Positions 9,895-19,349 of a DNA stretch of 64,000 bases are shown here, one piece after another (position 1 is the first letter of the stretch; each line of letters starts with the position of its first letter). The notes beneath the pieces were generated by a model. That model saw nothing but the letters and a program-made list of their open reading frames with translations. It was not told the DNA's origin and searched no databases. This DNA comes from an uncultured Chloroflexia bacterium. Lineage in GTDB: Bacteria; Chloroflexota; Dehalococcoidia; UBA2979. Location of the stretch: NCBI GenBank assembly GCA_963728205.1, contig CAVSIV010000001.1, positions 480,001-544,000 on the forward strand. Direction: 5' to 3'. The position numbers and the translations under genes were made by a program.

Positions 9895-10671
9895 ATGGCA
9901 GACGCGTTCTTTACCCACGACGGCGAGCGGTTCGTGCCGGGCGAGGCCGCGCGCGGGCCATGGGACCGCGAGTCGTTGCACGGGCGCGTGCTATCGGGCC
10001 TGCTCGCCTACGCGATCGAGACGCGCCACGGCGACCCCGACTTCCAGATCGCGCGGCTGACCGTCGACATGTTCCGGCTGGCGCCGCACGCGCCCGTGGA
10101 GGTCGACACGCGGCCGACGCGCGAGGGCAACCGCATCCGCGTGATCGACGCGACGATGCGCGTTGGCGAGGTCGAGGTCGCGCGCGCAAGCGCCGTCATG
10201 CTGCGCCACGCGCCGCAGCCCGAGGGCGCCGTCTGGAGTCCCGACGACTGGGACGCGCCGCGCCCCGAGGACCTGCCCGCGCCGGTGCGCGAGGGCCGCT
10301 ACGCGTTCGACGCCGGCTGGGATACGCGCAACATCAACGGCGGCTTCGCCGCGCTCGCGCGGAAACGGTCGTGGATGCGCTCGACGATCGACTTCGTCGC
10401 CGGCGAGCCGACGACGCCGTTCGTGCGCGCCGCCGCGGCCGCCGACTTCGCGAACCCGCTCGCCAACTCGGGCGAGCGCGGCCTCAACTTCGTGAACGCC
10501 GACGTGACGATGTATCTGCACCGCATGCCCGTCGGGGAGTGGATCGGGTTCGAGGTCGCGAGCCACCACAGCGCCGAGGGCGTCGCGGTGGGGGAGTGCG
10601 CGCTGTACGACGTCGATGGCGCGATCGGCCGCAGCACGGTGTGCGCGGTGGCGCAGGTGCGGCGCGGGTAG
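9895..10671 (+). CDS. Acyl-CoA thioesterase (TesB-like double hot-dog)
   Basis: ARGPW...LHG, ARLTVDM, AAAADFAN, FVNADVTMYLHRMP.GEW. Confidence 0.85.
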   Translation: MADAFFTHDGERFVPGEAARGPWDRESLHGRVLSGLLAYAIETRHGDPDFQIARLTVDMFRLAPHAPVEVDTRPTREGNRIRVIDATMRVGEVEVARASAVMLRHAPQPEGAVWSPDDWDAPRPEDLPAPVREGRYAFDAGWDTRNINGGFAALARKRSWMRSTIDFVAGEPTTPFVRAAAAADFANPLANSGERGLNFVNADVTMYLHRMPVGEWIGFEVASHHSAEGVAVGECALYDVDGAIGRSTVCAVAQVRRG

Positions 10672-10790
10672 CCGCGGGCGCGGGATGGCGGTCCACCGGG
10701 GCGCCCGACACCCTGCACCGCGGGGCGGACGGGGCGGGCCACCGACCCGCGATGCCAGCGGGCTGGCCTCTCTGCTCGCCGAGTCGCGAA

Positions 10791-11225
10791 CTACCGGTCG
10801 CGGACGGGGACGAGCTCGGTGAGCACGCCGCCGGTGCTGCGCGGGTGGAAGAACGCCACCGTCCGCCGGCCGTCCTGCGCGCGCGGCAGGGCAATCTCCT
10901 CGAGTCCCTCGGCGCGCAGGCGCTCCGCCTCGTCGTGCACATCGACGCACGCGTAGCAGATGTGATGCAGCCCGGCGCCGCGCTTCGCGAGGTAGCGCGC
11001 TGTCCCGGACGTCGCGCCCGGCGCCGGCACGAGCACCTCGACGACGGTCTCCCCTTCGCCGACCTGGAAGAAGAAGTTGAACGTCTGCTCGGGCGCGAAG
11101 TAGCTGCCCTCGGGCCACTTCGAGCGGTCCTTGTCGATGACGAGCCCGAGGCGGTCGCCGAGCACCGCTCGCGCCTCGTCGATCGACGGCGCAACCAGCC
11201 CCACGTGGTCGATCCTGGCGAACAT
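10791..11225 (-). CDS. VOC-family protein, methylmalonyl-CoA epimerase-like
   Basis: IDHVG, VEVL.P, GLHHICY, FFHPRSTGGVLTEL; RBS GAGGGAGG. Confidence 0.85.
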   Translation of the reverse strand: MFARIDHVGLVAPSIDEARAVLGDRLGLVIDKDRSKWPEGSYFAPEQTFNFFFQVGEGETVVEVLVPAPGATSGTARYLAKRGAGLHHICYACVDVHDEAERLRAEGLEEIALPRAQDGRRTVAFFHPRSTGGVLTELVPVRDR

Positions 11226-11430
11226 CGGCGCCTCCCTCCAGGCGCGGGGAGTGTAGCGGGTCCGGCGCTGGGGCAGGCTTCCGGTCCACCGGTGATCGGG
11301 CACGCGGTAGACCCTCGGAGGGCCGTGGGTGGGAGAGACTCACGCGACGGGAGGGGCGCGACTGTGATGGTGCGAGGTTGCCACTGTACACGGCAGTCGG
11401 CATGCCCCGGGGGCGCGCCGTGCGCGCATG

Positions 11431-11540
11431 AACGTCACCCACAGCGGCGGCAGATATGCCGCCGACAGAAGCGCGGCGCCAGCCGCGGACTGCGTCGGCG
11501 TGCTGTCGGCGGCATATCTGCCGCCGCTGTGGGTGGCGTT
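11431..11540. repeat. REPIN-like doublet (family A): 38-bp inverted repeats around a 34-bp spacer
   Basis: AACGTCACCCACAGCGGCGGCAGATATGCCGCCGACAG (11431-11468) and its reverse complement (11503-11540, 1 mismatch). Confidence 0.9.
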
Positions 11541-11599
11541 CCGACGAGGTGTGAAGCCTTTGACAGGCTCTGCCGCGCGCCCGAGCCGGCGGCAGGCGG

Positions 11600-12316
11600 C
11601 TAGCGCAGCGGGCGGGGGCCGAGCCAGCGCGGGTCGAAGGCCTCGAGCGAGGGAATCACGGCGTCTGCGAGCGGCTGCGGCGGCGCGGCGTGCTTCGTCT
11701 GGCGCGACTGCACGACGACCATCCCGGCACGGTGCGCCGACGCCACCCCCGGCGCGGAGTCCTCGATCGCGAGGCACTGCTCCGGGGCGACGCCGAGGCG
11801 GTCGGCCGCGTGCAGGTAGATGTCGGGCGCCGGCTTCGGCCGCGGGACGTGGTCCGCGGTGATCACGAGGTGGAATGCCTGCCGCAGACCGCACGAGCGC
11901 AGCGTCGACTCCACCCAGGTGCGCGCCGATTGCGACGCCACGGCCAGTTGCAGCCCGCGCGCCCGCGCACGGTCGATCAGCGCGCGGGTGCCCGGCAGCG
12001 CGTGCACGCCGTGCCGCAGGTGGTCGCCCAGGAGCGCCGAGTACTCCGCGCGCAGCTCGGCGACCGATTCCGGCCGGCCGTAGGTCCGCTTGATCCACTC
12101 CATCGTGGGATGAATGCCGGTGCCGACGAGCGTCGCGTACTGCGCGTCGCTCAGCCCGGCCGGCGCGACGAAGCGCCGCATCGCACGGAGATGCACCGGC
12201 TCGGTGTCGGCGATCACGCCGTCCATGTCGAAGATGACGGCGCGCAGGCGTGCCGGCCGGTGGTGGCGGTCGATCGCGCGCGGGAGCGGCCGGCCTCGGC
12301 GGGGCGGAAGCTTCAT
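11600..12316 (-). CDS. HAD-family phosphatase (beta-PGM/CbbY-like)
   Basis: VIFDMDGVIADTE, AVASQS, KPAPDIY, IEDS..G. Confidence 0.9.
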   Translation of the reverse strand: MKLPPRRGRPLPRAIDRHHRPARLRAVIFDMDGVIADTEPVHLRAMRRFVAPAGLSDAQYATLVGTGIHPTMEWIKRTYGRPESVAELRAEYSALLGDHLRHGVHALPGTRALIDRARARGLQLAVASQSARTWVESTLRSCGLRQAFHLVITADHVPRPKPAPDIYLHAADRLGVAPEQCLAIEDSAPGVASAHRAGMVVVQSRQTKHAAPPQPLADAVIPSLEAFDPRWLGPRPLR

Positions 12317-12774
12317 GCGCCGCGCTCCGCGCGCTGCTTGAGGTTCCACAGCGTCTCGCGCAGCGCCTGCGTCCGGTACGGGCGGTGCAGCAGCGCCTCG
12401 AGCAGGCCGCCGAACGGGCCGCGCGCCGGCTCGTACACGGCCTCGACGGTGAGATGGACCTCGCGCGGGCTCTCGGGGTGGAACGCCCAGCTCAGCTCGA
12501 CGAGCTCGCCGCCGCTCCCATTGCCGACGAACGTCAGCGCGTGCGTCTCCTCGCGGTCGCGCCTCAGGTGCGCGGTCTCGGTGCGCAGCGGCAGGGCCAG
12601 CGAGAATGCGATCACGTCCTCCTCGACGACGGTGAAGTCGTGGAAGTGGTGGGCGAGCCACTCGCCGTGCCGTGCGATGTCTTCGAGCACGCGGTAGACG
12701 GCGGAGGCGGGCGCGTGGATGTGGACGTCCTCGCGCACCCGCAGCACCGCTGGCTCGTCGTGGCCGGCGGTCAC
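12313..12774 (-). CDS. SRPBCC/polyketide cyclase-like protein
   Basis: VHIHAPASAVYRVLED...W, C-terminal helix TLWNLKQRAE; overlapping start/stop codons on both sides. Confidence 0.75.
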   Translation of the reverse strand: MTAGHDEPAVLRVREDVHIHAPASAVYRVLEDIARHGEWLAHHFHDFTVVEEDVIAFSLALPLRTETAHLRRDREETHALTFVGNGSGGELVELSWAFHPESPREVHLTVEAVYEPARGPFGGLLEALLHRPYRTQALRETLWNLKQRAERGA

Positions 12775-14309
12775 GGCACCGCGTCCCTCGAGGCGCCTTC
12801 GGGCTCGAGATCGGGCTCGACGGGGGGCTCCGCGGCGCGCTCGCGCATGGCCGGAAAGAGGATCACCTCGCGCAGCGAGTGCTCGCCGGTGAGCAGCTGC
12901 ACCATGCGGTCGATCCCGATGCCGAGCCCGCCGGCCGGCGGCATGCCGTGCTCGAGCGCGACGAGGAAGTCCTCGTCCGCGAGCTCGACCTCGTCGTCGC
13001 CGGCGGAGCGCTTGCGGGCCTGCTCCTCCATGCGCCGGCGCTGCTCGACGGGGTCGTTCAGCTCCGAGTACGCGTTCGCCATCTCGTAGCCGAGCATGAA
13101 CAGCTCGAAGCGCTCGACCGCTCCCGCGTCGTCGACCTTCTGCTTGGCGAGCGGCGACAGCTCGATCGGGTAGTCGAGGACGAAGGTCGGCTGGACGAGC
13201 TCCGGCTCGACGAACGTCGACATGAACTCGTCGAGGATCGTTGCCCACGAGGCGCCGGGCGCGACGTCGAGGTGGCGCTCGGCGGCGAGGGAGCGCAACG
13301 CCTCGGTGGTGGGGTAGTCGCGGTAGTCGAAGCCGGCGTGCTCCTGCAGCGCGCGGCGGTAGGTGGTGCGTGCGAACGGCGGCGTGAGGTCGACGGCGTG
13401 CTCGCCGTGCGTGAGGCGCAGCGTCCCGTGGACCTCCAGCGCGACGCGGCTGAAGAGCTCCTCGACCATCCGCGCCACGTCCTCGTAGTCGGCGTAGGCC
13501 TCGTAGGACTCGAGCAGCGTGAACTCGGGGTTGTGGCGCGCGTCGATCCCCTCGTTGCGAAAGACGCGCCCGATCTCGAAGACCTTCTCCAGGCCGCCGA
13601 CGAGCAACCGCTTGAGGTGCAGCTCCAGCGAGATGCGGAGGTAGAGGTCGCGGTCGAGCGCGTTGTGGTGCGTGACGAAGGGCCGGGCCGCGGCGCCGCC
13701 GGCCTGCTCCTGGAGCACCGGCGTCTCGACCTCCATGAACCCGCGCTCGACGAAGAAGCGGCGCACGGCGGCCACGATGGCCGCGCGGGTGCGCGCGATC
13801 TCGCGGGCGCGCTCGTTCGACATCAGGTCGAGGTAGCGCTGGCGCGAGCGAGTCTCGATGTCGGTCACGCCGTGCCACTTCTCGGGCATCGGGCGCAGGG
13901 CCTTCGTGATCACGCGCCAGTCGGCGACCGCGACGGTGATCTCGCCGGTGCGGGTGCGAAAGAGCGTGCCGCTCGCCTCGAGGAAGTCGCCGAGGTCGAC
14001 GAGGGACAGCCGTTCGAAGGAGTCGGGGAGGGCGTCGCGCCGGAAGTGGAGCTGGATGCGGCCGGTGCCGTCAGTGAGGTCGACGAAGGCGGCGCGGCCC
14101 ATCATGCGCTGCGCGGTGACGCGGCCGACGACGCTGACGGGGATCGCGGCCGGGTCGTCGGCGGCGGGCTCGCCGGCCGCGGCGAACGCGGCGGAAGCGG
14201 CGGCGGCCGTATGCGTGCGCTGGACGCGCGCGGGATAGGCGTCCGCCTGGTCGAGGAGGTGCGCGCGCTTCTCGACGCGCTGGGCGAAGAGCTCGGCTTC
14301 GGACGGCAT
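12771..14309 (-). CDS. lysS: Lysine--tRNA ligase (class II)
   Basis: OB fold, RQRYLDL, GGAAARPFVTHHN, FRNEG, HNPEFT, HGMPPAGGLGIGIDR. Confidence 0.97.
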   Translation of the reverse strand: MPSEAELFAQRVEKRAHLLDQADAYPARVQRTHTAAAASAAFAAAGEPAADDPAAIPVSVVGRVTAQRMMGRAAFVDLTDGTGRIQLHFRRDALPDSFERLSLVDLGDFLEASGTLFRTRTGEITVAVADWRVITKALRPMPEKWHGVTDIETRSRQRYLDLMSNERAREIARTRAAIVAAVRRFFVERGFMEVETPVLQEQAGGAAARPFVTHHNALDRDLYLRISLELHLKRLLVGGLEKVFEIGRVFRNEGIDARHNPEFTLLESYEAYADYEDVARMVEELFSRVALEVHGTLRLTHGEHAVDLTPPFARTTYRRALQEHAGFDYRDYPTTEALRSLAAERHLDVAPGASWATILDEFMSTFVEPELVQPTFVLDYPIELSPLAKQKVDDAGAVERFELFMLGYEMANAYSELNDPVEQRRRMEEQARKRSAGDDEVELADEDFLVALEHGMPPAGGLGIGIDRMVQLLTGEHSLREVILFPAMRERAAEPPVEPDLEPEGASRDAVP

Positions 14310-14474
14310 TGGTTCAGTAACGCATATCGACCGGTTGGCGGCGAGTCTGGATCGCGATGGCCTGGATGGGCCGAGCACAGGGCAGACGCCCCGCGCTCGA
14401 TCCGCGACCGACGCTCTCGCGACGACCGAGCACGGGGCGTCTGCCCCGCGCTCGCCGGCGGGCGCGGGGGGCGG

Positions 14475-14948
14475 CTACGAGATCGTGGTGACCGTCATCA
14501 CCACGTCGCCGGCGGGGGCGCGCACCGTGACCTCTTCGCCGCGCTTCTTGCCGAGCAGCGCACGGCCGACGGGCGACTCGTGGCTGATGCGGCCCTCGCT
14601 GGGGTTCGCCTCTGCGGGCCCCACGAGCATGAACTTGCGGCTCTTGCCGTCCTTCGTCTTCAACGTGACGGTCGAGCCGACCCGCACTTCCTTCGATTTG
14701 TGCGCGGCCGCCTCGTCGATCTCGACGGCGCGCTCGAGCATGCGCTCGATCTCGCTGATGCGGCCTTCGAGGAAGGCCTGCTGGTTCTTCGCGTCCTCGT
14801 ACTGGCCGTCCTGCTGATCCGGGCCCAGCTCCTGCGCCTCGCGGATCGCTTCGGCGACCTCCGCGCGGCGCACGGTGCGCAGCTCGGTGAGCTCCTTCTT
14901 GAGCTTCTCCAGGCCTTCCTTCGTGAGGAGCACTGTCTCTTCCGGCAT
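14475..14948 (-). CDS. greA: Transcription elongation factor GreA
   Basis: LTKEGLEKLKKEL, YEDAKNQQAFLEGRI, ISHESPVGRALLG. Confidence 0.95.
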   Translation of the reverse strand: MPEETVLLTKEGLEKLKKELTELRTVRRAEVAEAIREAQELGPDQQDGQYEDAKNQQAFLEGRISEIERMLERAVEIDEAAAHKSKEVRVGSTVTLKTKDGKSRKFMLVGPAEANPSEGRISHESPVGRALLGKKRGEEVTVRAPAGDVVMTVTTIS

Positions 14949-14973
14949 GACCTCTGTACCCCTGTCGCGGGTG

Positions 14974-15011
14974 AAACAAAAGGCGGACTCGCCGTACACC
15001 GGCAAGCCCGC
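14974..15011 (-). terminator. Intrinsic terminator in the greA 5' leader
   Basis: Minus strand GCGGGCTTGCCG-GTGTA-CGGCGAGTCCGC followed by CTTTTGTTT, between the promoter and the greA RBS. Confidence 0.7.
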
Positions 15012-15023
15012 GAAACGCAAAGC

Positions 15024-15052
15024 ATTCTAGCGGCTGCACCGTTTCACGGCAA
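15024..15052 (-). promoter_or_regulatory. greA promoter
   Basis: -35 TTGCCG (15047-15052), 17 nt, -10 TAGAAT (15024-15029). Confidence 0.7.
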
Positions 15053-15152
15053 CCGGATCCGTACACACGTTCGTATCGATTGCGCCACAACCCGCGCGCG
15101 CCGCGATCACCGGGCGTTCCGGCCGCCGGTGGTACGATTCGGCCCGGCGGGA

Positions 15153-16334
15153 TTGCCGGCACGTGGAGCCCGGTGGGGGCGCTTCCTCATTCGCAGACGC
15201 ATCACGGCACCATGGGTTGCGCTCGTCGCGTTCGTCGTCGCGATCGGGCTCGGTGCCGGCCTCGCCGGTGGGCTGATTGCCCTCGCGCTGCATGGTGCCC
15301 CGACCGCCGCCCCCGCACCGACGTCCACCGCGATTGCCACTGCCGCCGCACCCCCCGCGCCCGACGACTCGGCCCGCATGGAGGCCGCCATTGCGCGGGC
15401 GCTGCCCGCCGTGGTCACCGTCGTCGCCGACCTCCCGCCGGAGCAGACTCAGGCTGGACAGCTGCAACAGGAGAATCTCGGGTCCGGCATCGTGATTGAC
15501 GACCAGGGTCATGTGATCACGAACTTTCACGTGATCGACGGCGCCCAGACGGTGTCGGTCGTGCTCACCACCGGTGAGCGCCGCCCGGCGCGCGTCGTCG
15601 CCGACGACTCGCCGTTCAACGACCTCGCCGTCCTGCAGGTGTCGCCGGCCGGCCTGCGCGCTGCGACGGTGGGCGACGCATCTACGCTGCGCCTGGGCGA
15701 GCCCGTGGCGGCGATCGCCAGCGGGCTCGTGACCTTCGACAACCAGGTGAAGGTGGGCGTCGTCTCAGCGACCCACGTCACCTTTCCGCGCCCGGGCATC
15801 ACGATGCTCGACCTGATTCAGACCGACGCGTCGGTGAACCACGGCGACTCCGGCGGGGCGCTGATCGACGGCAACGGGGACGTGGTGGGGCTGATCACGA
15901 CGGTCGTGCGCAGCACGCCCGATGGGCAGGTGGTTGAGGGCGTCGCGTTCGCGCAGTCGATGGAGGTGCTGGAGCCGGTGATCCAGGCGATCGTGTCGAA
16001 CGGGTTCAACCCGCGGCCGCGCTGGGGCATCGAGCGGCCGGGCAGCGAGCACATCGCGATCACGAGCGACGTCGCGCAGCAGCGGGGGCTGCCCGTAGCA
16101 ACCGGAGCGTTGATCATCGGCGTGGCGCCGGGCAGCCCGGCGGCGCAGGCGGGTGTACGGAACGGGGACATCGTCGTGGGCTTGAACGGAAACCCCGTGG
16201 ACGGCGACCATCCCCTCGTGAACGAACTCGAATCGCTCCCCGGCAATGGCGAGGCGTCGTTGACGATCCTGCGGGGCACGCAGCGACTCGTGATCACCGT
16301 CACGCCCGTCCCCGGAGGACCGCCCAGTGGATGA
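15153..16334 (+). CDS. HtrA/DegP-like serine protease with PDZ domain (start uncertain)
   Basis: N-terminal TM, TNFHV, DLAVL, IQTDA..NHGDSGGAL, C-terminal PDZ (GSPAAQAGVRNGDIV). Confidence 0.9.
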   Translation: MPARGARWGRFLIRRRITAPWVALVAFVVAIGLGAGLAGGLIALALHGAPTAAPAPTSTAIATAAAPPAPDDSARMEAAIARALPAVVTVVADLPPEQTQAGQLQQENLGSGIVIDDQGHVITNFHVIDGAQTVSVVLTTGERRPARVVADDSPFNDLAVLQVSPAGLRAATVGDASTLRLGEPVAAIASGLVTFDNQVKVGVVSATHVTFPRPGITMLDLIQTDASVNHGDSGGALIDGNGDVVGLITTVVRSTPDGQVVEGVAFAQSMEVLEPVIQAIVSNGFNPRPRWGIERPGSEHIAITSDVAQQRGLPVATGALIIGVAPGSPAAQAGVRNGDIVVGLNGNPVDGDHPLVNELESLPGNGEASLTILRGTQRLVITVTPVPGGPPSG

Positions 16335-18198
16335 CCGCCCCGAGCGTCGCCGCCGCGACCGCGACCAGGACCCCGACGCGCCGAGCGGCTCCGCACGCGC
16401 GCCCTCGCCGCCCGCCGACGGCGGCCGGCGGCTGGAGCCGCCGCCCTTCGCGCCCGTGATCTTCGACGAGGACGGCGGCGGCCGGCGCGGGCGCGGCGAT
16501 TCCGGCGATTACGACAGCGACGCGGGACTGCTCCGCGTGCTCGGCCTGATCGTCGTGCTCGGCATCGTGATCATCGCGCTCGTGCTCCCCGGCTCGCCGA
16601 TCCGGCTGGTCGGCGGGTCGTCGACCAGCAGCGGCGGCATCAAGACGACCGCGCGGGGCGAGATGCCGGCGGTGCCCGACGGCTTCATGGCGCTGAGCAA
16701 GCTCTACGACATCTCGACCCAGCAGACCGCCGAGGGCCCGTGGACGCTCACGGTCCCGCTCGCGGACGCGAGCACCGACGGCCGCAACGTCGCGTTCTAC
16801 CGCTACGACGGGTCGCGATGGGTGCGCATCGCCGGCGTCGACCTCGTGAACGGCGGCAAGGACGCGCAGGGCGACGTGCAGGCGATCCCGGCGAACATCG
16901 CCGTCCTGCGGCGCACGTCGGTGATCGTGACGATGAACGTCAGCGTGGCGAGCGGCGCCGTGCCCGACAGCGCCGCGCTCGGAGCGGCGAAGGTGATCGC
17001 AGTCGGCGCCGGGACCGTGGCACAGTCGTCGGATGGGACGACGGGGACGGTGCGGCTCGACACCGGCGCGCTCGACGCGGCGATCGCGGCGGCGAAGGCC
17101 GCCGGCTCTGGTGACGTCTACATGCGCGTCTCGGCACCGGCCGGCGACGCCGCCGATGCGGTGAACCGCATCCTCGCGTCGCCCGACCTCGTGCAGGCGC
17201 ACGTGAGCGAGCTGGTCGACGCCGCGACGGCCGCCGGCGCGGCCGGCGTGCAGATCGACTACCGCCTGGTCGACGCGAAGCTCCGCGGCGACTTCTCGAC
17301 CTTCGTCTCGCAGCTGGCCGCCGCGCTGCAGGCCAAGCACCTCGGCCTCGTCGTCAGCGTGCCGACGCCGGCCGCCGCCGACACGGGGGCGTACGACTGG
17401 TCCGCGCTGGCGAAGTCCGCGTCGTTGTGGCTGTACGGCCCGGACGACCTCTCGGCGTTCTACGCGCAGGTGGAGGCGGCGCTGAGTGCGCAGCGCGCCG
17501 CCGGTCTCGACCTCTCGAAGGTGTCGCTCGTGATCGACCGTATGTCGCGCGACCAGTCGCGGCGCACGGTGAACGCGATCACGCTACAGGCGGCGCTCCA
17601 GCTGGCGAGCAACCTGCAGACGAATCCGTCAAGCGGCATCGCGCCGGGCTCGGCGGTGACGCTGAGCGCGGCGAACCTCGACAGGGCGTCGGGCAACTCC
17701 GGGCTGCACTGGGATGACTCGGCGCGTGCGGTCGCGTTCTCGTACTCCGACCGGCTCGGCCCGCACACCGTGTGGATCGCGAACCAGTACTCGCTCGGGT
17801 TCCGCCTCGACCTCGCCGAGCGGTTCGGCCTCGGCGCCATCACTATCGCCGGCGCGCAGAAGGACGACGGGCTGCCGCCGACGTGGGACGTGGTGAAGGC
17901 GTTCGTCGACGACGGGGCGGTGACGCTCGAGCAGCCCTACGGTCCGTACCTGGTGCCGTGCTGGAAGGCCTCGGGCGGGACCATCGACGGCTACGGCGCC
18001 GGCTGCTGGAAGCCCGGCATGGAGGACGGCGGCACGGCGACCTGGCACACGCCGGACCAGGCCGGGACGTACGACCTCACGCTCGTCGTGTCGGACGGCA
18101 CGCGCTTCGTCGGCCAGCAACTCGGCGTGAAGGTCGCGGGCGCGCTCGCACCGGAGTCGCGCCCGACGCCGACGGCGACCGCGAGCGGCGGCGGGTAG
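16327..18198 (+). CDS. Membrane-anchored GH18-like TIM-barrel protein, catalytic motif degenerate
   Basis: TM segment, GVQIDYR, FSTFVSQLA..L, AYDWSALA, HTVW; C-terminal PKD-like segment (AGTYDLTLVVSDG). Confidence 0.6.
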   Translation: MDDRPERRRRDRDQDPDAPSGSARAPSPPADGGRRLEPPPFAPVIFDEDGGGRRGRGDSGDYDSDAGLLRVLGLIVVLGIVIIALVLPGSPIRLVGGSSTSSGGIKTTARGEMPAVPDGFMALSKLYDISTQQTAEGPWTLTVPLADASTDGRNVAFYRYDGSRWVRIAGVDLVNGGKDAQGDVQAIPANIAVLRRTSVIVTMNVSVASGAVPDSAALGAAKVIAVGAGTVAQSSDGTTGTVRLDTGALDAAIAAAKAAGSGDVYMRVSAPAGDAADAVNRILASPDLVQAHVSELVDAATAAGAAGVQIDYRLVDAKLRGDFSTFVSQLAAALQAKHLGLVVSVPTPAAADTGAYDWSALAKSASLWLYGPDDLSAFYAQVEAALSAQRAAGLDLSKVSLVIDRMSRDQSRRTVNAITLQAALQLASNLQTNPSSGIAPGSAVTLSAANLDRASGNSGLHWDDSARAVAFSYSDRLGPHTVWIANQYSLGFRLDLAERFGLGAITIAGAQKDDGLPPTWDVVKAFVDDGAVTLEQPYGPYLVPCWKASGGTIDGYGAGCWKPGMEDGGTATWHTPDQAGTYDLTLVVSDGTRFVGQQLGVKVAGALAPESRPTPTATASGGG

Positions 18199-18206
18199 GC
18201 GTCGCG

Positions 18207-18791
18207 ATGATGCGCGTGACGGCCGGCTCGGCGCGCGGCATCCAGCTGCGGTCGCCGCGAGGGCGCGGCACGCGCCCCACGGCAGGCCGGCTGCGCGAGG
18301 CGCTGTTCTCGATGCTGCTGGCGGCGGACGTCGACTTTGCCGCCGTCCTCGATCTCTACGCGGGCAGCGGCGCGCTCGGCATCGAGGCGCTCTCGCGCGG
18401 CGCCGAGCGCGCGACCTTCGTGGAGGGGGATGCGCGGGCGTGCGCGACCATCCGCGACAACCTCGCGCGCGCCGGCTTCGCGGGGCAGGGGCGGGTAGTG
18501 CGCGCGCAGGTCGGCCGCTGGGCCGGCGCCGCGGACGGGCCGTACACGCTCGTACTGGCCGATCCCCCGTATGATGACCCCGCCTCGTGGGGTGCCGTCG
18601 AGCGCACGCTCGCCGGGGCCCTCGCGGCGCACGCGACGGTCGTCGTCGAGCACGCCGCGCGCTCCGCGCCGCCCGCCGCGCTCGCCGGGCGCGCCCTCTG
18701 GCGCGATCGCCGACAGGGCGAGGGGGCGGTCGCGATCTACCGGGAAGCCGCACCGCAGCAACCGCAGCAACGGGGAAAGGTGGCAGGATGA
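18207..18791 (+). CDS. rsmD: 16S rRNA m2G966 methyltransferase RsmD
   Basis: TRPT..RLREALF, VLDLYAGSGALGIEALSRGA, DPPY. Confidence 0.93.
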   Translation: MMRVTAGSARGIQLRSPRGRGTRPTAGRLREALFSMLLAADVDFAAVLDLYAGSGALGIEALSRGAERATFVEGDARACATIRDNLARAGFAGQGRVVRAQVGRWAGAADGPYTLVLADPPYDDPASWGAVERTLAGALAAHATVVVEHAARSAPPAALAGRALWRDRRQGEGAVAIYREAAPQQPQQRGKVAG

Positions 18792-19267
18792 CGATCGCGC
18801 TGTATCCGGGGCGTTTCGACCCGGTGACGAACGGTCACCTCGACATCGCCACCCGCGCGGCCGCCGTCTACGAGCGCGTGATCGTCGGGATCGCGGACAG
18901 CAAGTCGACGCTGTTCACCACCGACGAGCGCAAGGACCTCTTCTGCCGCGCCGTCGAGCACCTGCCGAACGTGAGCGTGATGTCGTTCACCGGGCTCACG
19001 GTGGACGTGGCGCGCGACTGCGGCGCGACCGTGCTCGTGCGCGGTTTGCGCGCGGTGACGGATTTCCACTACGAATTCGACATGGCGCTGATGAACCGCA
19101 AGATGGCGCCGGACGTCGAGTCGGTCTTCATGATGACCGCGCTCGAGGACCTGTTCATCAGCGGGACGCGCATCCGCGAGCTCGCGGGTCTCGGGCGCGA
19201 CGTGAGCGACCTCGTGCCGCCCGGCGTGAACGCGGCGCTGCGCGAGAAGCTGGACGGGCGCCACTAG
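18788..19267 (+). CDS. coaD: Phosphopantetheine adenylyltransferase
   Basis: YPGRFDPVTNGHLDI, VRGLRAVTDF.YE, MALMNR. Confidence 0.96.
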   Translation: MTIALYPGRFDPVTNGHLDIATRAAAVYERVIVGIADSKSTLFTTDERKDLFCRAVEHLPNVSVMSFTGLTVDVARDCGATVLVRGLRAVTDFHYEFDMALMNRKMAPDVESVFMMTALEDLFISGTRIRELAGLGRDVSDLVPPGVNAALREKLDGRH

Positions 19268-19349
19268 CCGGCTGCGTGCGGCAGCGGGGGCGGACGAGGC
19301 AGCGAAGGCGCGGCGGGTCACCGCAGGGAATGCGCCGGGAGGCCAACGG

